A stretch of DNA of 64,000 nt from Candidatus Stramentimicrobium fermentans (GCA_012520575.1 JAAYOB010000018.1:1505-65504), one strand, 5' to 3'; counted from the stretch's first letter, positions 50,960 through 61,138 are shown. Numbers and translations: made by a program. The notes: generated by a model from the letters alone, not told the origin.

Positions 50960-51743
50960 TCTATTCAGAAGGTTTTTCCTAGCATTATCCTTTTTGACTA
51001 CCCTGCCATTTTCATCTCTCATTACTAAACAAGAAACAAAAGCTCCGGAAGATATTGATGCTGATTTGTCAAAATCAAGTACCTTCTTTCCGTTGATTGG
51101 ATTTTTACTAGGAGCGATTCTATTTATCTTTAATAAGTTCTTAGAATATACTGATATACTCCCACAATTATCAACCGGACTTACCCTCGTCCTATGGGTA
51201 CTTCTAAGCGGGGGATTGCACTTAGAAGGCCTTGCCGATATGGTGGATGGTTTTTCCGGTGGAACAAACAAAGATGAAATTCTACGTATTATGAAAGATG
51301 GCTCTGTCGGTGCCAAAGGAGCCATTAGTTTAATTCTGACACTACTTTTAAAATACCTGCTCCTTTATAGTTTGACTGGTGATATCAAAGGTAAAGCACT
51401 ACTGCTTTCCCCTGTGTTGGGAAGATGGGCTATGGTTTTAATGGGTTATTTTGGCAAACCCGCTTCCTCTAGTAATACCCTGACCAGAATGTTTGTCCAA
51501 TATTTAGAGAAAAAAGAACTGCTAATTGCTACTTTTTTTGCCGTTTGTCCGGTTTTATTCATTTTGCCTGTACGTTTTATTCCTCCCGGGTCACTATTAT
51601 GGTTTATAATCGGAGTCCTCGTAGCCTTCCTGCTCGTTTTTTCTAATAAAAAGATAGGAGGCATCTGCGGTGATATTATCGGCGCTGCCAACGAACTTGC
51701 CGAACTTGCTGTCTTATTCTTTTTTCTCTTAATCTTAAGGTAA
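50952..51743 (+). CDS. cobS: Adenosylcobinamide-GDP ribazoletransferase (cobalamin synthase)
   Basis: FLTTLP, GGLHLEGLADMVDG, IMKD..VG..G and GGICGDIIGA..E. Confidence 0.93.
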   Translation: MNNLFRRFFLALSFLTTLPFSSLITKQETKAPEDIDADLSKSSTFFPLIGFLLGAILFIFNKFLEYTDILPQLSTGLTLVLWVLLSGGLHLEGLADMVDGFSGGTNKDEILRIMKDGSVGAKGAISLILTLLLKYLLLYSLTGDIKGKALLLSPVLGRWAMVLMGYFGKPASSSNTLTRMFVQYLEKKELLIATFFAVCPVLFILPVRFIPPGSLLWFIIGVLVAFLLVFSNKKIGGICGDIIGAANELAELAVLFFFLLILR

Positions 51744-51893
51744 ATTGCGCATAAGGGGTATAACAGGTTATCGGTTTAAATTTTTTACAGCTGAGTCACA
51801 AACTAAGATCTTTCCTCTTTTTAGTTTCAGATTATAGCCATTGGTGTATACTGTTAATTTTTAATTGTCAATTAAAAATTGTAAAAAAATTGT

Positions 51894-51922
51894 TTGACAT
51901 TCAAATTTGTTAATGGTAATAT
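51894..51922 (+). promoter_or_regulatory. sigma70-type promoter with extended -10
   Basis: TTGACA-17 nt (ending TGG)-TAATAT. Confidence 0.7.
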
Positions 51923-51936
51923 TTTTTTGAAAAATA

Positions 51937-52074
51937 TCTTTAATTTAGTCCAGAGAGGCTAGAAAGGCAACTAAAAGTTTTGAATACTTTTGCTAACATC
52001 TTGCTATACCTGAGCATAAAAATAGAAAATGAGTTAAATGGAGATCTTCCCCGTTTTTCGGGGGAGATTTTTTT
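51937..52074 (+). promoter_or_regulatory. PyrR-binding RNA element and attenuator terminator
   Basis: CTTTAATTTAGTCCAGAGAGGCTAGAAAGG matches the PyrR loop consensus (ARUCCNGNGAGGYU); terminator ATCTTCCCCG-TTTTT-CGGGGGAGAT-TTTTTT at 52042-52074. Confidence 0.88.
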
Positions 52075-52106
52075 ATATCTGAATAATAACTTAAAGGATG
52101 AGGAAA

Positions 52107-52195
52107 ATGATTATTGATAAATTTTATGAGGAGTTTTATAGAGCCCGGCTTATGTAGAGTTTTATTTTCTTACAAGTTGTTGCCGGATATTTATT
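52107..52195 (+). pseudogene. Possible N-terminal remnant of PyrF (OMP decarboxylase)
   Basis: GAGGA RBS + MIIDKFYEEF..., then shifted-frame GLCRVLFSYKLLPD, resembling clostridial PyrF MIID.LYE....G.VC.GLD....LP. Confidence 0.4.
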
Positions 52196-52275
52196 GTTTT
52201 TTTGCTTATCTCTATTAAAGGGTTTATGGATATATTTAAGATAGTTAAATAAAAAGTAAGGAGAATAAACAAAAA

Positions 52276-53244
52276 ATGGCCAATACCATATTAATCGCGC
52301 TGGGTGGCAATGCTATCAAACAAGCAGATGAAAAAGGTACTACAGAAGAACAATTCAAAAACTGTCGGGAGACAACAGGGCATATTGCAAATATCATTCA
52401 ATATCTTGCTCCGGAAGACCGTTTAATTATTACACACGGCAATGGTCCACAAGTGGGTAATCTTATGGTTCAGCAGAAAGCCGCCCAGAATATAGTGCCG
52501 GCACACCCAATGGATGTAGTAGGTGCCATGACTCAGGGGCAAATAGGCTATATGCTGCAACAGACATTGATGAATCATTTAAATGAAAAGAATATAAAAA
52601 AACCGGTCTGTGTTTTATTGAACCAGGTGTTGGTAGACAGCAATGATCCGGAATTTATAGGAGAAAATGCCTCTAAGCCGGTTGGTAATTTCCTAACAAA
52701 AGAAGAGGTCCAGGAATTAAAAATTAAGCACCCCGAATATATTGTTAAAAAAGTAAAACCCAATGACGAGCGCTGTTGGAGAAGGGTAGTCCCTTCTCCT
52801 GACCCTATTGCCAATTTGGATGGAGAGGTAATTAATAAATTAGTTGATGCCGGTGTTGTTGTAATTACCTCCGGTGGAGGAGGGATACCGGTATTGGAGA
52901 ATGGAAAGGGACAATTAAAAGGGATAGAAGCGGTTATTGACAAAGATTTGGCCGGAGAAAGGTTGGCTAAGATTGTGGGAGCAAATATTATGTTTGTACT
53001 TACCGATGTAGAAAAAGCCAAGATTAATTACGGTAAAGCTGATGAACAAGATTTAGGGAAAATAAGCTATGATGTAGCGAAAAAGTATTATGATGAAGGT
53101 CAATTCTTAGCGGGGAGTATGGGTCCTAAAGTGAAAGCCTGCCTAAGATTCCTGGAAAATGGCGGAGAGAAAGCCATTATATCCTCTTTAGATAAAGTGG
53201 TAGAAGCTTATCGTGGTGAAACGGGTACTATTATTGCGAAATAG
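52276..53244 (+). CDS. arcC: Carbamate kinase
   Basis: IALGGNA, THGNGPQVG, WRRVVPSP.P, GGGGIPV, EAVIDKD and GSMGPK. Confidence 0.96.
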   Translation: MANTILIALGGNAIKQADEKGTTEEQFKNCRETTGHIANIIQYLAPEDRLIITHGNGPQVGNLMVQQKAAQNIVPAHPMDVVGAMTQGQIGYMLQQTLMNHLNEKNIKKPVCVLLNQVLVDSNDPEFIGENASKPVGNFLTKEEVQELKIKHPEYIVKKVKPNDERCWRRVVPSPDPIANLDGEVINKLVDAGVVVITSGGGGIPVLENGKGQLKGIEAVIDKDLAGERLAKIVGANIMFVLTDVEKAKINYGKADEQDLGKISYDVAKKYYDEGQFLAGSMGPKVKACLRFLENGGEKAIISSLDKVVEAYRGETGTIIAK

Positions 53245-53294
53245 ATAAATATAATTTATATAGAATCCAGAATACTTTAAAGGAGCTTTAAACT

Positions 53295-54218
53295 ATGTTA
53301 CGGGGAAAAGACATTTTAAGCATGGTCCAGTTTTCCAAGCAAGAGCTTAACCTCATTATGAATACCGCAGCCAGTTATGAGCGCAGAGTTAAGAACAATG
53401 ATTATATTGACGATATGGATGGGCAAGTCGTCGCTTGCCTCTTTTTTGAACCAAGCACCAGAACACGTCTTTCTTTTGAATCGGCTGCTAACAGATTAGA
53501 TGCCAGGGTAATTAATGTGATTGGAGCAGACAGTTCTTCTACCGCTAAAGGAGAAAGCTTAGAGGATACTATTAGAGTAGTAGATGGTTATATTGATGTT
53601 ATTGTAATACGCCATTCTATAATCGGCTCTGCTCAAATCGCTGCCGATAATGCTGTCCATCCGGTTATCAATGCGGGTGACGGAAGTAATCAACATCCTA
53701 CTCAATCCCTCGTTGATATCTATACAATTCGTAAAGAAAAAGGCACCTTAAACGGACACACTGTTACCTTTTTAGGAGATTTAAAATATGGCAGAACCGT
53801 CCACTCCCTAGGCTATTTCATGACCCTTTACGGTAATAAGATGATATTTGTTTCACCTAAAGCCTTATGTATGCCTGAAGAATTGACCGCTGATTTCCGC
53901 AGTCGTGGTGCAGATATAGAAGAGACTGAAAATTTAGAAGAAGCCCTTGCTAAAAGTGACATTGTTTATGTTACCAGGATACAAAAAGAAAGATTTGCTG
54001 ACTCGGAGGAATATAATAGACTGAAAGGTAGTTATATTATAGACCGGAATACCATTGCCAGAGCCAAAAAAGGAATTACCGTTCTCCATCCGTTGCCAAG
54101 GGTTGATGAGATAGCCACCGATGTAGATGACTATGAGGGTGCTGCCTATTTCAGACAGGCCAATAATGGCATGTATGTTCGTATGGCCTTGCTTTCTTTA
54201 GTCAGTGGTAGTGTGTAA
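53295..54218 (+). CDS. pyrB: Aspartate carbamoyltransferase catalytic subunit
   Basis: FFEPSTRT, KGESLEDT, NAGDG..HPTQ, GDLKYGRTVHS, TRIQKER and HPLPR. Confidence 0.95.
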   Translation: MLRGKDILSMVQFSKQELNLIMNTAASYERRVKNNDYIDDMDGQVVACLFFEPSTRTRLSFESAANRLDARVINVIGADSSSTAKGESLEDTIRVVDGYIDVIVIRHSIIGSAQIAADNAVHPVINAGDGSNQHPTQSLVDIYTIRKEKGTLNGHTVTFLGDLKYGRTVHSLGYFMTLYGNKMIFVSPKALCMPEELTADFRSRGADIEETENLEEALAKSDIVYVTRIQKERFADSEEYNRLKGSYIIDRNTIARAKKGITVLHPLPRVDEIATDVDDYEGAAYFRQANNGMYVRMALLSLVSGSV

Positions 54219-54248
54219 TCGTAGAAAATTAAATTTAAACAAGATTAA

Positions 54249-54496
54249 CTATCAGGCTTTTAATTATTCGTATGGTTTGGGAAGTTAGGAAAGTAGTTAA
54301 TGTTCCTATAATTAACACAGACGGCATAATATGTGTAGAAGATGCTTTGGAAATATTTTGGCTGGTAAACGCTATTCAGACAGGAAGCCAGTTTTAATAA
54401 TCCTATGGTTACATATTAAATAGCAGAGGACATTAAAAAAATATTTAGATAAAAAATTATATATCCTTAATCAAGGATACTGTTGGCATTGTCTAA
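54249..54496 (+). pseudogene. pyrD: C-terminal remnant of dihydroorotate dehydrogenase (PyrD, family 1B)
   Basis: Frameshifted LSG..IRMVWEVRKVVNVPIINTDGIICVEDALE/ILAG/AIQTG/ASFNNPM..IAEDIKK/YLDKK/IKDTVGIV* matches the PyrD C-terminus. Confidence 0.8.
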
Positions 54497-54616
54497 GTAT
54501 TTCAAAATAAAAGAACACCATGCCTCTCACTATTTTAATATAAATACATAGTTACCAATTTTTAAAGTTTTTACATAATTAAATTGAATACCTAAACTTA
54601 TAAGGAGGAGCAGCCT

Positions 54617-55483
54617 GTGAGTTTACAGATGATTATCAATGCCATTCTGTTAGGAGGATTGTATGCTTTGATGGGAATAGGGTTTTCTTTGCAATGGGGT
54701 ATTAGCGGCATCATCAATCTTTCCTATGGGGCTATGGTAGTGCTGGGCTCGTATATATCTTTAATCATTTTTGATGTATTTAAAATTGACCCGTTTATTA
54801 GCATGTTGTTTTCCGGCTTTTTATTATTTCTGATAGGTGCATTTGCCTATAAATTCATAATCCAGCCCTCTATTAAAGGTGGCATTGTTTTTACTCTTAT
54901 TATTACCTTTGCACTCAGACTGATAGTAGAAAACTTAATACTCTATATTTGGTCTGCAGACTATCGAACTATTAGGATTAGTTATGCAGGGCGTAATTTC
55001 CAATTTTTAAATTCATTTGTTCCACTTACCAAGTTTATTACCTTTCTAATAGCAGGAATCTTAATTTACTTTACGCACTTATTTATGATGAATACCAAAA
55101 TTGGCAAAGGAATTCAGGCAGTTTCCTTAGACAAAATAGGTGCATTGGCAGTTGGGGTAGATGATAAAAAAATGTATCTGATAAATTTTGCTGTCGGAAC
55201 CGCTCTTGCCGGTATTACCGGGTCACTATGGGCAACTGTCTATAGTTTTTCTCCACATGTAATTGATGTTATTATTGGCCGAGTCTTTATTATTGCCATT
55301 TTGGGTGGTTTGGGAAATATTTGGGGTGCAGCCGCGGGAGGAATGCTTTTGGGATTTGTTGAAACCTGCGGGGCTACCTTTCTTGGGGCCCATTGGCAAG
55401 AAGCAATCGGTCTGGCAATGATGGTCTTAATTCTTCTGTTCAGACCACACGGCTTAATGGGCAAAAAATTTTTTGGGCAATAA
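54617..55483 (+). CDS. livH: Branched-chain amino acid-type ABC permease (LivH-like)
   Basis: GGLYALMGIGFSL.WG...INLSYG and ILGGLG. Confidence 0.9.
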   Translation: MSLQMIINAILLGGLYALMGIGFSLQWGISGIINLSYGAMVVLGSYISLIIFDVFKIDPFISMLFSGFLLFLIGAFAYKFIIQPSIKGGIVFTLIITFALRLIVENLILYIWSADYRTIRISYAGRNFQFLNSFVPLTKFITFLIAGILIYFTHLFMMNTKIGKGIQAVSLDKIGALAVGVDDKKMYLINFAVGTALAGITGSLWATVYSFSPHVIDVIIGRVFIIAILGGLGNIWGAAAGGMLLGFVETCGATFLGAHWQEAIGLAMMVLILLFRPHGLMGKKFFGQ

Positions 55484-55538
55484 GTAAATGTTTGATTATA
55501 GCTTTAGGTTTATCTGTTTAGAGAGGAAGTGAGAATAG

Positions 55539-56525
55539 GTGTTGGTACAAAATGATAAGAGATGTACTATGAACATAGTATGGATTGTCGTTGCTATTAT
55601 TATTTTTACAATTTTGCCTAATTTTATTTCCGGTTATTATATCCGCATACTTACCGCAATTTTCATGTATGCTGTTTTATCTCAGTGTATTAATCTGATG
55701 TCCGGTTACATGGGATACCTGCCCTTTGGACATGTGATGTTTTTTGGTATAGGTGCCTATATGACTGCTATCTTGATGAGAGGGAATCTGCCCTTTATAG
55801 TCGCTATGTTGCTAGCTTCTCTATCCGCGATAGTGGTGAGCATTATTTTGGGATTCCCTGTACTTAGACTAAGAGGGCACTATTTTGCAATTGCTACTAT
55901 CGGTATGAATGGAGCACTTATGACAGTGGTTCAGAATATCGATATTACGGGAGGGGCAAGAGGCACTACCTTTCCCATAATTATGCTTCCGCCGGGTCAG
56001 GTTTATAGCTATTTTTATTATGCCTTTTTAGCTCTGATGATTATAACCACCTTTGCCATCTATTTCATTGTTAATTCCAGATTTGGATTTGCCATTAGAA
56101 GTATTAAAGCAAATGAAGATGCAGCCAACTCTATGGGGATAAATACTACCAATACCAAAGTAGTAACCTGGGCAATCGCCGCTCTATTTACCAGTATCGC
56201 CGGAGGATTGTATGGTTACTGGATGTCCTTTATAGCACCCGATGAAGTATTTGACCTGATGTTTATTACTAATTCCATAATTATGATGCTTATTGGAGGA
56301 GCGGGAACAATTTTAGGGCCTGTCATCGGAGCTTTTATTGTTGAAACGGTATCAGAATTTGCTTGGAGTGGTTTCATGGAATACCATTTAGCAGTGCTGG
56401 GTATAATAACTATCATCATAGTCTTTTTTGTTCCGGGAGGTGTTATCGGCACTATTACTGAGAAAATTAGAGATAGAAAAATAGCTGCCAGTATAAAGTC
56501 GGAGGTAGCAGCTAATGATCGATAA
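55539..56525 (+). CDS. livM: Branched-chain amino acid-type ABC permease (LivM-like)
   Basis: GYMGYLPFGH..FFGIGAY, LRLRGHYFAIAT and GGAGT..GP. Confidence 0.9.
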   Translation: MLVQNDKRCTMNIVWIVVAIIIFTILPNFISGYYIRILTAIFMYAVLSQCINLMSGYMGYLPFGHVMFFGIGAYMTAILMRGNLPFIVAMLLASLSAIVVSIILGFPVLRLRGHYFAIATIGMNGALMTVVQNIDITGGARGTTFPIIMLPPGQVYSYFYYAFLALMIITTFAIYFIVNSRFGFAIRSIKANEDAANSMGINTTNTKVVTWAIAALFTSIAGGLYGYWMSFIAPDEVFDLMFITNSIIMMLIGGAGTILGPVIGAFIVETVSEFAWSGFMEYHLAVLGIITIIIVFFVPGGVIGTITEKIRDRKIAASIKSEVAANDR

Positions 56526-57288
56526 TAATAATGTCATATTGGATGTCAGAGCTATAAGTAGACATTTTGGTGCCTTAAAAGCTGTTGACCGGGTATCTTT
56601 CCAGGTAAGGAAGGGGGAGATTATCGGTTTGATTGGTCCCAATGGTGCCGGGAAAACCACCATAACTAATCTGGTTACCGGTGATTTAAAAAAGAATGCG
56701 GGTGAAGTCCATTATAAGGGAACCGATGTTAGCAGTATGCAGCCATTTCAGATTGCCCGTATTGGTTTAACCAGAACCTATCAGATAGTAAAACCATTAC
56801 AGGGCATGACTGTGGAAGAGAATGTTTTAGTTGGCTCCCTTTATGGTCGCGGTAATAGAATAAATGATTTAAGTAATGCACGGAAAACAGTCCATGATGT
56901 AATGGAATTAGTCGGATTGTACAAAAAGAAAGATTTCATGGTAAGTGATGTTACTCTTCCTGATTTAAAGCGTATGGAGTTTGCTCGAGTTTTAGCGATG
57001 GATCCGGAGGTGGTTTTCTTAGATGAAGTTATGGCTGGGCTTAACCCTTCTGAAGTGGAAGAATCGATGGAATTGGTGAAGAAAGTTAGAGAGGATAGAC
57101 AATTAACCATAGTCTATATTGAACACATTATGAAAGCAGTAATGGGAATTTCTGATCGAATTATTGTGTTGCACCATGGCAAAAAGATATGTGAAGGCTC
57201 TCCTCAAGAAGTTCGTGATAACCCTGCGGTTATAGAGGCTTATCTAGGTAAAAAGTATGCCAAGGAGGTTATGAAAGCAAATGAATAG
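56515..57288 (+). CDS. livG: ABC ATP-binding protein (LivG-like)
   Basis: FGALKAV, GPNGAGKT, LDEVMAGL, IEH and VIEAYLG. Confidence 0.92.
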   Translation: MIDNNNVILDVRAISRHFGALKAVDRVSFQVRKGEIIGLIGPNGAGKTTITNLVTGDLKKNAGEVHYKGTDVSSMQPFQIARIGLTRTYQIVKPLQGMTVEENVLVGSLYGRGNRINDLSNARKTVHDVMELVGLYKKKDFMVSDVTLPDLKRMEFARVLAMDPEVVFLDEVMAGLNPSEVEESMELVKKVREDRQLTIVYIEHIMKAVMGISDRIIVLHHGKKICEGSPQEVRDNPAVIEAYLGKKYAKEVMKANE

Positions 57289-58009
57289 CAACACTTTGTT
57301 AAAAACAATAGGTATTAATGCTGGTTATGGGGCTATCCAGGTATTATGGGATGTGAGTTTTGAACTGAATAAGAAAGAAATAGTTTGCTTTATTGGGACC
57401 AACGGTGCCGGTAAAACCACTTTTCTAAATAATATTGTGGGGATCTTAAAACCTTTTTGTGGTCAGATAATATACCAGAATCAGGATGTCACCCAGCTCA
57501 ATTCTCCGGAGAGAATAAAAATGGGTATTGGTTATGCACCGGAAGGAAGACACCTTTTCCTCGGTTTAACTGTTGAAGATAATCTACTGATGGGTGCTTT
57601 TCCACGGAAAGTTAATCACAGAACTCTCAAAGAAGATCTTGACTTTATATATAATTTATTCAAACCCCTTAAGGGATACCGAAAAAAATATGCCGGTAAT
57701 CTTTCCGGAGGAGAACAACAGATGTGTGCTATTGGTAGGGCACTTATGTCTAAACCGATTCTACTGATTATCGATGAATTGTCTTTGGGATTAGCCCCGG
57801 TAGTAGTAGATGATTTAATTGAAACTATTATTAGATTGAGGGACGAAGAGGGGATAACTATTTTGATAGTCGAGCAGGATGTGCAGGTAGCCCTGGATAT
57901 CGCCGATCGAGGTTATGTGTTTGAAAACGGCTCTATAGCGATGGAAGGATATTCTGAAAATTTGGCTAAAAATAAGCATATCAAGACAGCATATCTCGGT
58001 ATTGCTTAA
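57281..58009 (+). CDS. livF: ABC ATP-binding protein (LivF-like)
   Basis: GTNGAGKT, PEGR.LF, LSGGEQQM and DELSLGLAP. Confidence 0.92.
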   Translation: MNSNTLLKTIGINAGYGAIQVLWDVSFELNKKEIVCFIGTNGAGKTTFLNNIVGILKPFCGQIIYQNQDVTQLNSPERIKMGIGYAPEGRHLFLGLTVEDNLLMGAFPRKVNHRTLKEDLDFIYNLFKPLKGYRKKYAGNLSGGEQQMCAIGRALMSKPILLIIDELSLGLAPVVVDDLIETIIRLRDEEGITILIVEQDVQVALDIADRGYVFENGSIAMEGYSENLAKNKHIKTAYLGIA

Positions 58010-58118
58010 TATATGAATCAATTCGATTAATAGGGAGGTGATTGAATATTAAAGGTCTTATTTTTCAATAATAGTACCAAGTAAAAAGATAAAGAATAAA
58101 CGGAGGAAAGTAAAAATA

Positions 58119-59348
58119 ATGAAAAAAGCCACGGTAGTATTCTTAGTAAGCATGTTCTTGTTAGTTTCAGCTGTAGCTGTATTTGCACAGCAGTTTGATG
58201 ATATAATTAAAATTGGAGCAGCAGTCTCCCTTACCGGTAAAACAGCATATGAAGGTCAAATGGTTAAGCGGGGATATGAGGTATGGGAAAAATGGGTTAA
58301 TGAACATGGTGGAATTAAGGCTGATGGTAAAACCTATGGTGTAGAAGTTCTTTATTATGATGATGAGAGTGACCCGGTACGTTCGGCAAGACTAACGGAA
58401 AGATTGATAACCGAAGATAACGTTAATTTTTTAGCCGGACCTTATTCTAGTTCGATCACTTTTGCTACAACAGCCATCGGTGAAAAATATGGGGTTATAA
58501 CTATTGCTTCCACTGCCAACGCCAGAAATATCTATGAACGAGGGTATAAAAATGTCTTTTCAGTTCTTCCGCCGGCACCATTACTTATGGCTCCAATTGC
58601 TTATATGATGGATGAAGTGCTGGAACCCAGACCCAAGACGGTAGCTATTGTTGTAGCTAATGATTTATTTCCACTGGATGTTGCTACCGGATTTAATGAT
58701 ATCTGCACAGAACTTGGGTTTGACGTTGTGATGTTCGAAAAATACCCTCCTGGTTCTACAGACCTATCTGCCTTATTAACAAAGGTCAAAGCTCTAGATG
58801 CGGATATTTTAGCTGGCGGAGGATACACCGCTGATGCCTTGATGATTTTAAGGCAGTGCAAGGAATTAGATTACACTCCCAAAATGTTCGCCAGTATAGT
58901 GGGGGTATTTGTACCAGGCTTTTTAAAGGAAATAGGTGCTGATGGTAATTACGCAGTAGAGGGTGAATGGTGGGTACCGGCAATGAAAACCGAGGACCAC
59001 ATATTTGGGACAACTGAAAATTACTTACAAGCTTGTATAGATATGTTTGGAGATGATTTTATAGCTAACTATCAGACAGCTGCCGCTAGTGCAACCGTTA
59101 GCATCATTCAAATGGCTATTGAAAAAGCAGGAACTATTGAAACTGAACAAGTAAGAGATGCATTAAAAAGCTTTGATGTAATCGAGCTTGCTTGTTTCTC
59201 ACCGGTTGAGTTTGCTGAAAATGGAGAGAATATCCAATGGGAGCACCCGGTAATCCAAATTCAAAATGAAGTAGTGAAAGTGGTATATCCATTAAGTTCG
59301 CAAGAAAGTGCACCACTTTATCCGGCTCCAACCTGGAAAGAAAGATAA
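58119..59348 (+). CDS. LivJ/K-family ABC substrate-binding protein
   Basis: Signal peptide, IKIGAAVSLTG, YYDDESDP and GPYSS. Confidence 0.9.
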   Translation: MKKATVVFLVSMFLLVSAVAVFAQQFDDIIKIGAAVSLTGKTAYEGQMVKRGYEVWEKWVNEHGGIKADGKTYGVEVLYYDDESDPVRSARLTERLITEDNVNFLAGPYSSSITFATTAIGEKYGVITIASTANARNIYERGYKNVFSVLPPAPLLMAPIAYMMDEVLEPRPKTVAIVVANDLFPLDVATGFNDICTELGFDVVMFEKYPPGSTDLSALLTKVKALDADILAGGGYTADALMILRQCKELDYTPKMFASIVGVFVPGFLKEIGADGNYAVEGEWWVPAMKTEDHIFGTTENYLQACIDMFGDDFIANYQTAAASATVSIIQMAIEKAGTIETEQVRDALKSFDVIELACFSPVEFAENGENIQWEHPVIQIQNEVVKVVYPLSSQESAPLYPAPTWKER

Positions 59349-59666
59349 TAAATAAAGCAATTAATCAAGGGGGTTTCCATTATTATGATTGCCCACCCCT
59401 TTGACTTATTTAACTATTTAGGGGTCTTTGAGAAATAAACCCATATTATAGACTAGAATAATGAGTATGGGTAGGAATATTTATTTATCATATTGCTATA
59501 AAAATAGGTAAGATAAAAATATTTAGTAATATTTCTATAATAATACAATACAATATTTAGTTTAATACATTTAATAGTTGACAAGAATTATCAAAATTGA
59601 CAGCATTTGGGTTTGATAAACTAATTTAGTCTAGCGATTTAAGATTGCAACTCTCAAGTAGGGGCT

Positions 59667-61123
59667 ATGCAGTATATAATAAGAGACAAACATGTTATTT
59701 ACGACTCAGAAATTAATTCAAATAGAATATTAACAGATGCTACTGTTTGGCTGTTTGTGTTTTTGATGGTAAAATTGAAAGTACAGGGTTTTATGTTTTA
59801 AAATAAAAATATCCAGACAATACAATCAAGGGTAATGGTGGGCAATAATATGCCTGGTTTAATGAACGCTCATATTCATGGTGCGGTGTTATCTCCATTC
59901 CAACAAGGAGTTGTATATGATTATGCTGAGTGCAATATTATGTGCAATGCGTCATTTGTGTAATGGTTGCACTACATTACGTCACAACCAATTCAGTAAT
60001 CAAAATGGATTTTAATAATGTCAAGAAGATTTTAAACGGTTATAGCAAAGTTGGAATCAGAGTTGCTTGTTCAAGTGGAATTAGTGACTTAAATATGATT
60101 AAATATAATAATAAAGAACTTTTTAAAGCTCTCCCTCCAGAATTACAACAATACTTTAAACCAATTATATATCAGCATAAAAACCTGATACAAGAAAAGT
60201 ATTTTGAGCACTTTTACTAGTTATTTAATGAATTTAATTAAAAAAGATAGAAAAATTACTTTCGGTCCTCTCTTGGTATAGGGTGCACAGATGAATTCCT
60301 ATTAAAAATCAAAGAAGAATCAGATAAAATAGGGAAAATTCCGATACTTATACATACCTTTCAGACCTTAATTCAAAAAAACTATGATAAACAAAAATAT
60401 GGAAAATCTCTATTGTTTCATTTAAAAGGTCCGGGTTTAGTTGATAGCTCTTTAGTTTTAGGGTATGCAGTTTTTCTCAGTGGAAAAGATATTCAATTAT
60501 ATAGCGGAAAATAATGGATCTGTCACTCACCATGCAAGTTGTAATTTAGCAGTTAGAAATGGAATTCCCCGGTTTATTATTTACAAAAAGCAGGAGTAAA
60601 TGTTGCACTAGGAATAAATGATAAGGGGATTAATGATGATGAAGACTCTTTTATGGAAATGAGAGTGATTTACTATCTTCACAGAGTGGCCGGTTTCCAT
60701 TTATCTGCATCAGAAGCTTTGACACCTTTTGATATTTTGAAAGTGGCTGCCTCGAGCGCAGCAAATAGTTAATTTTAATGGTTCAATAGGTGCTCTTAAT
60801 AGGAATGAAAGCAGATCCGGCTTTATTAGGCCCCAGTCGTATTTTAGGAGATCCCTGGATGAACCCCTGTTGAATATCATTGAGATTATCATTCATAGAG
60901 CAAAGGGTTATAATGTACATTCAGTTATGGTCAGTGGTGAGCGTGTAATTGAAAATAAAAAGTTTTGATGAAATATATATCGATTCAGTATATTAAAGAA
61001 GCTAAAGGCCAAGTTAACGAAGGCAATAGCCAAGAGCAAGTTGAATATGCTGAATATCTACGGCAAATAAAGCCCTATTGCCAAGCATGGCACAATCAAT
61101 ATCTTAATAAATATACTAAATAG
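59667..61123 (+). pseudogene. Frameshifted amidohydrolase (SsnA/MTA-SAH deaminase/AtzB-like family)
   Basis: Fragments MQYIIRDK.., MPGLMNAHIHG, IHTFQT, VTHHASCNLAVRNGI, AGVNVALGINDKGINDDED..MEMR and GMKAD, with several stops and frameshifts. Confidence 0.85.
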
Positions 61124-61138
61124 GAGGCAAAGATAACA

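Noticed and set aside
59930..60220. 96-aa ORF (and minus-strand ORFs 60710-60892, 61096-61344)
   Set aside because: These are fragments or shadows of the amidohydrolase pseudogene and fumarase
17950..61123. Stop-codon recoding (Sec/Pyl or alternative code) to explain interrupted genes
   Set aside because: The interruptions include frameshifts and mixed stop types, and intact genes end normally at TAA, TAG and TGA; ordinary decay fits better
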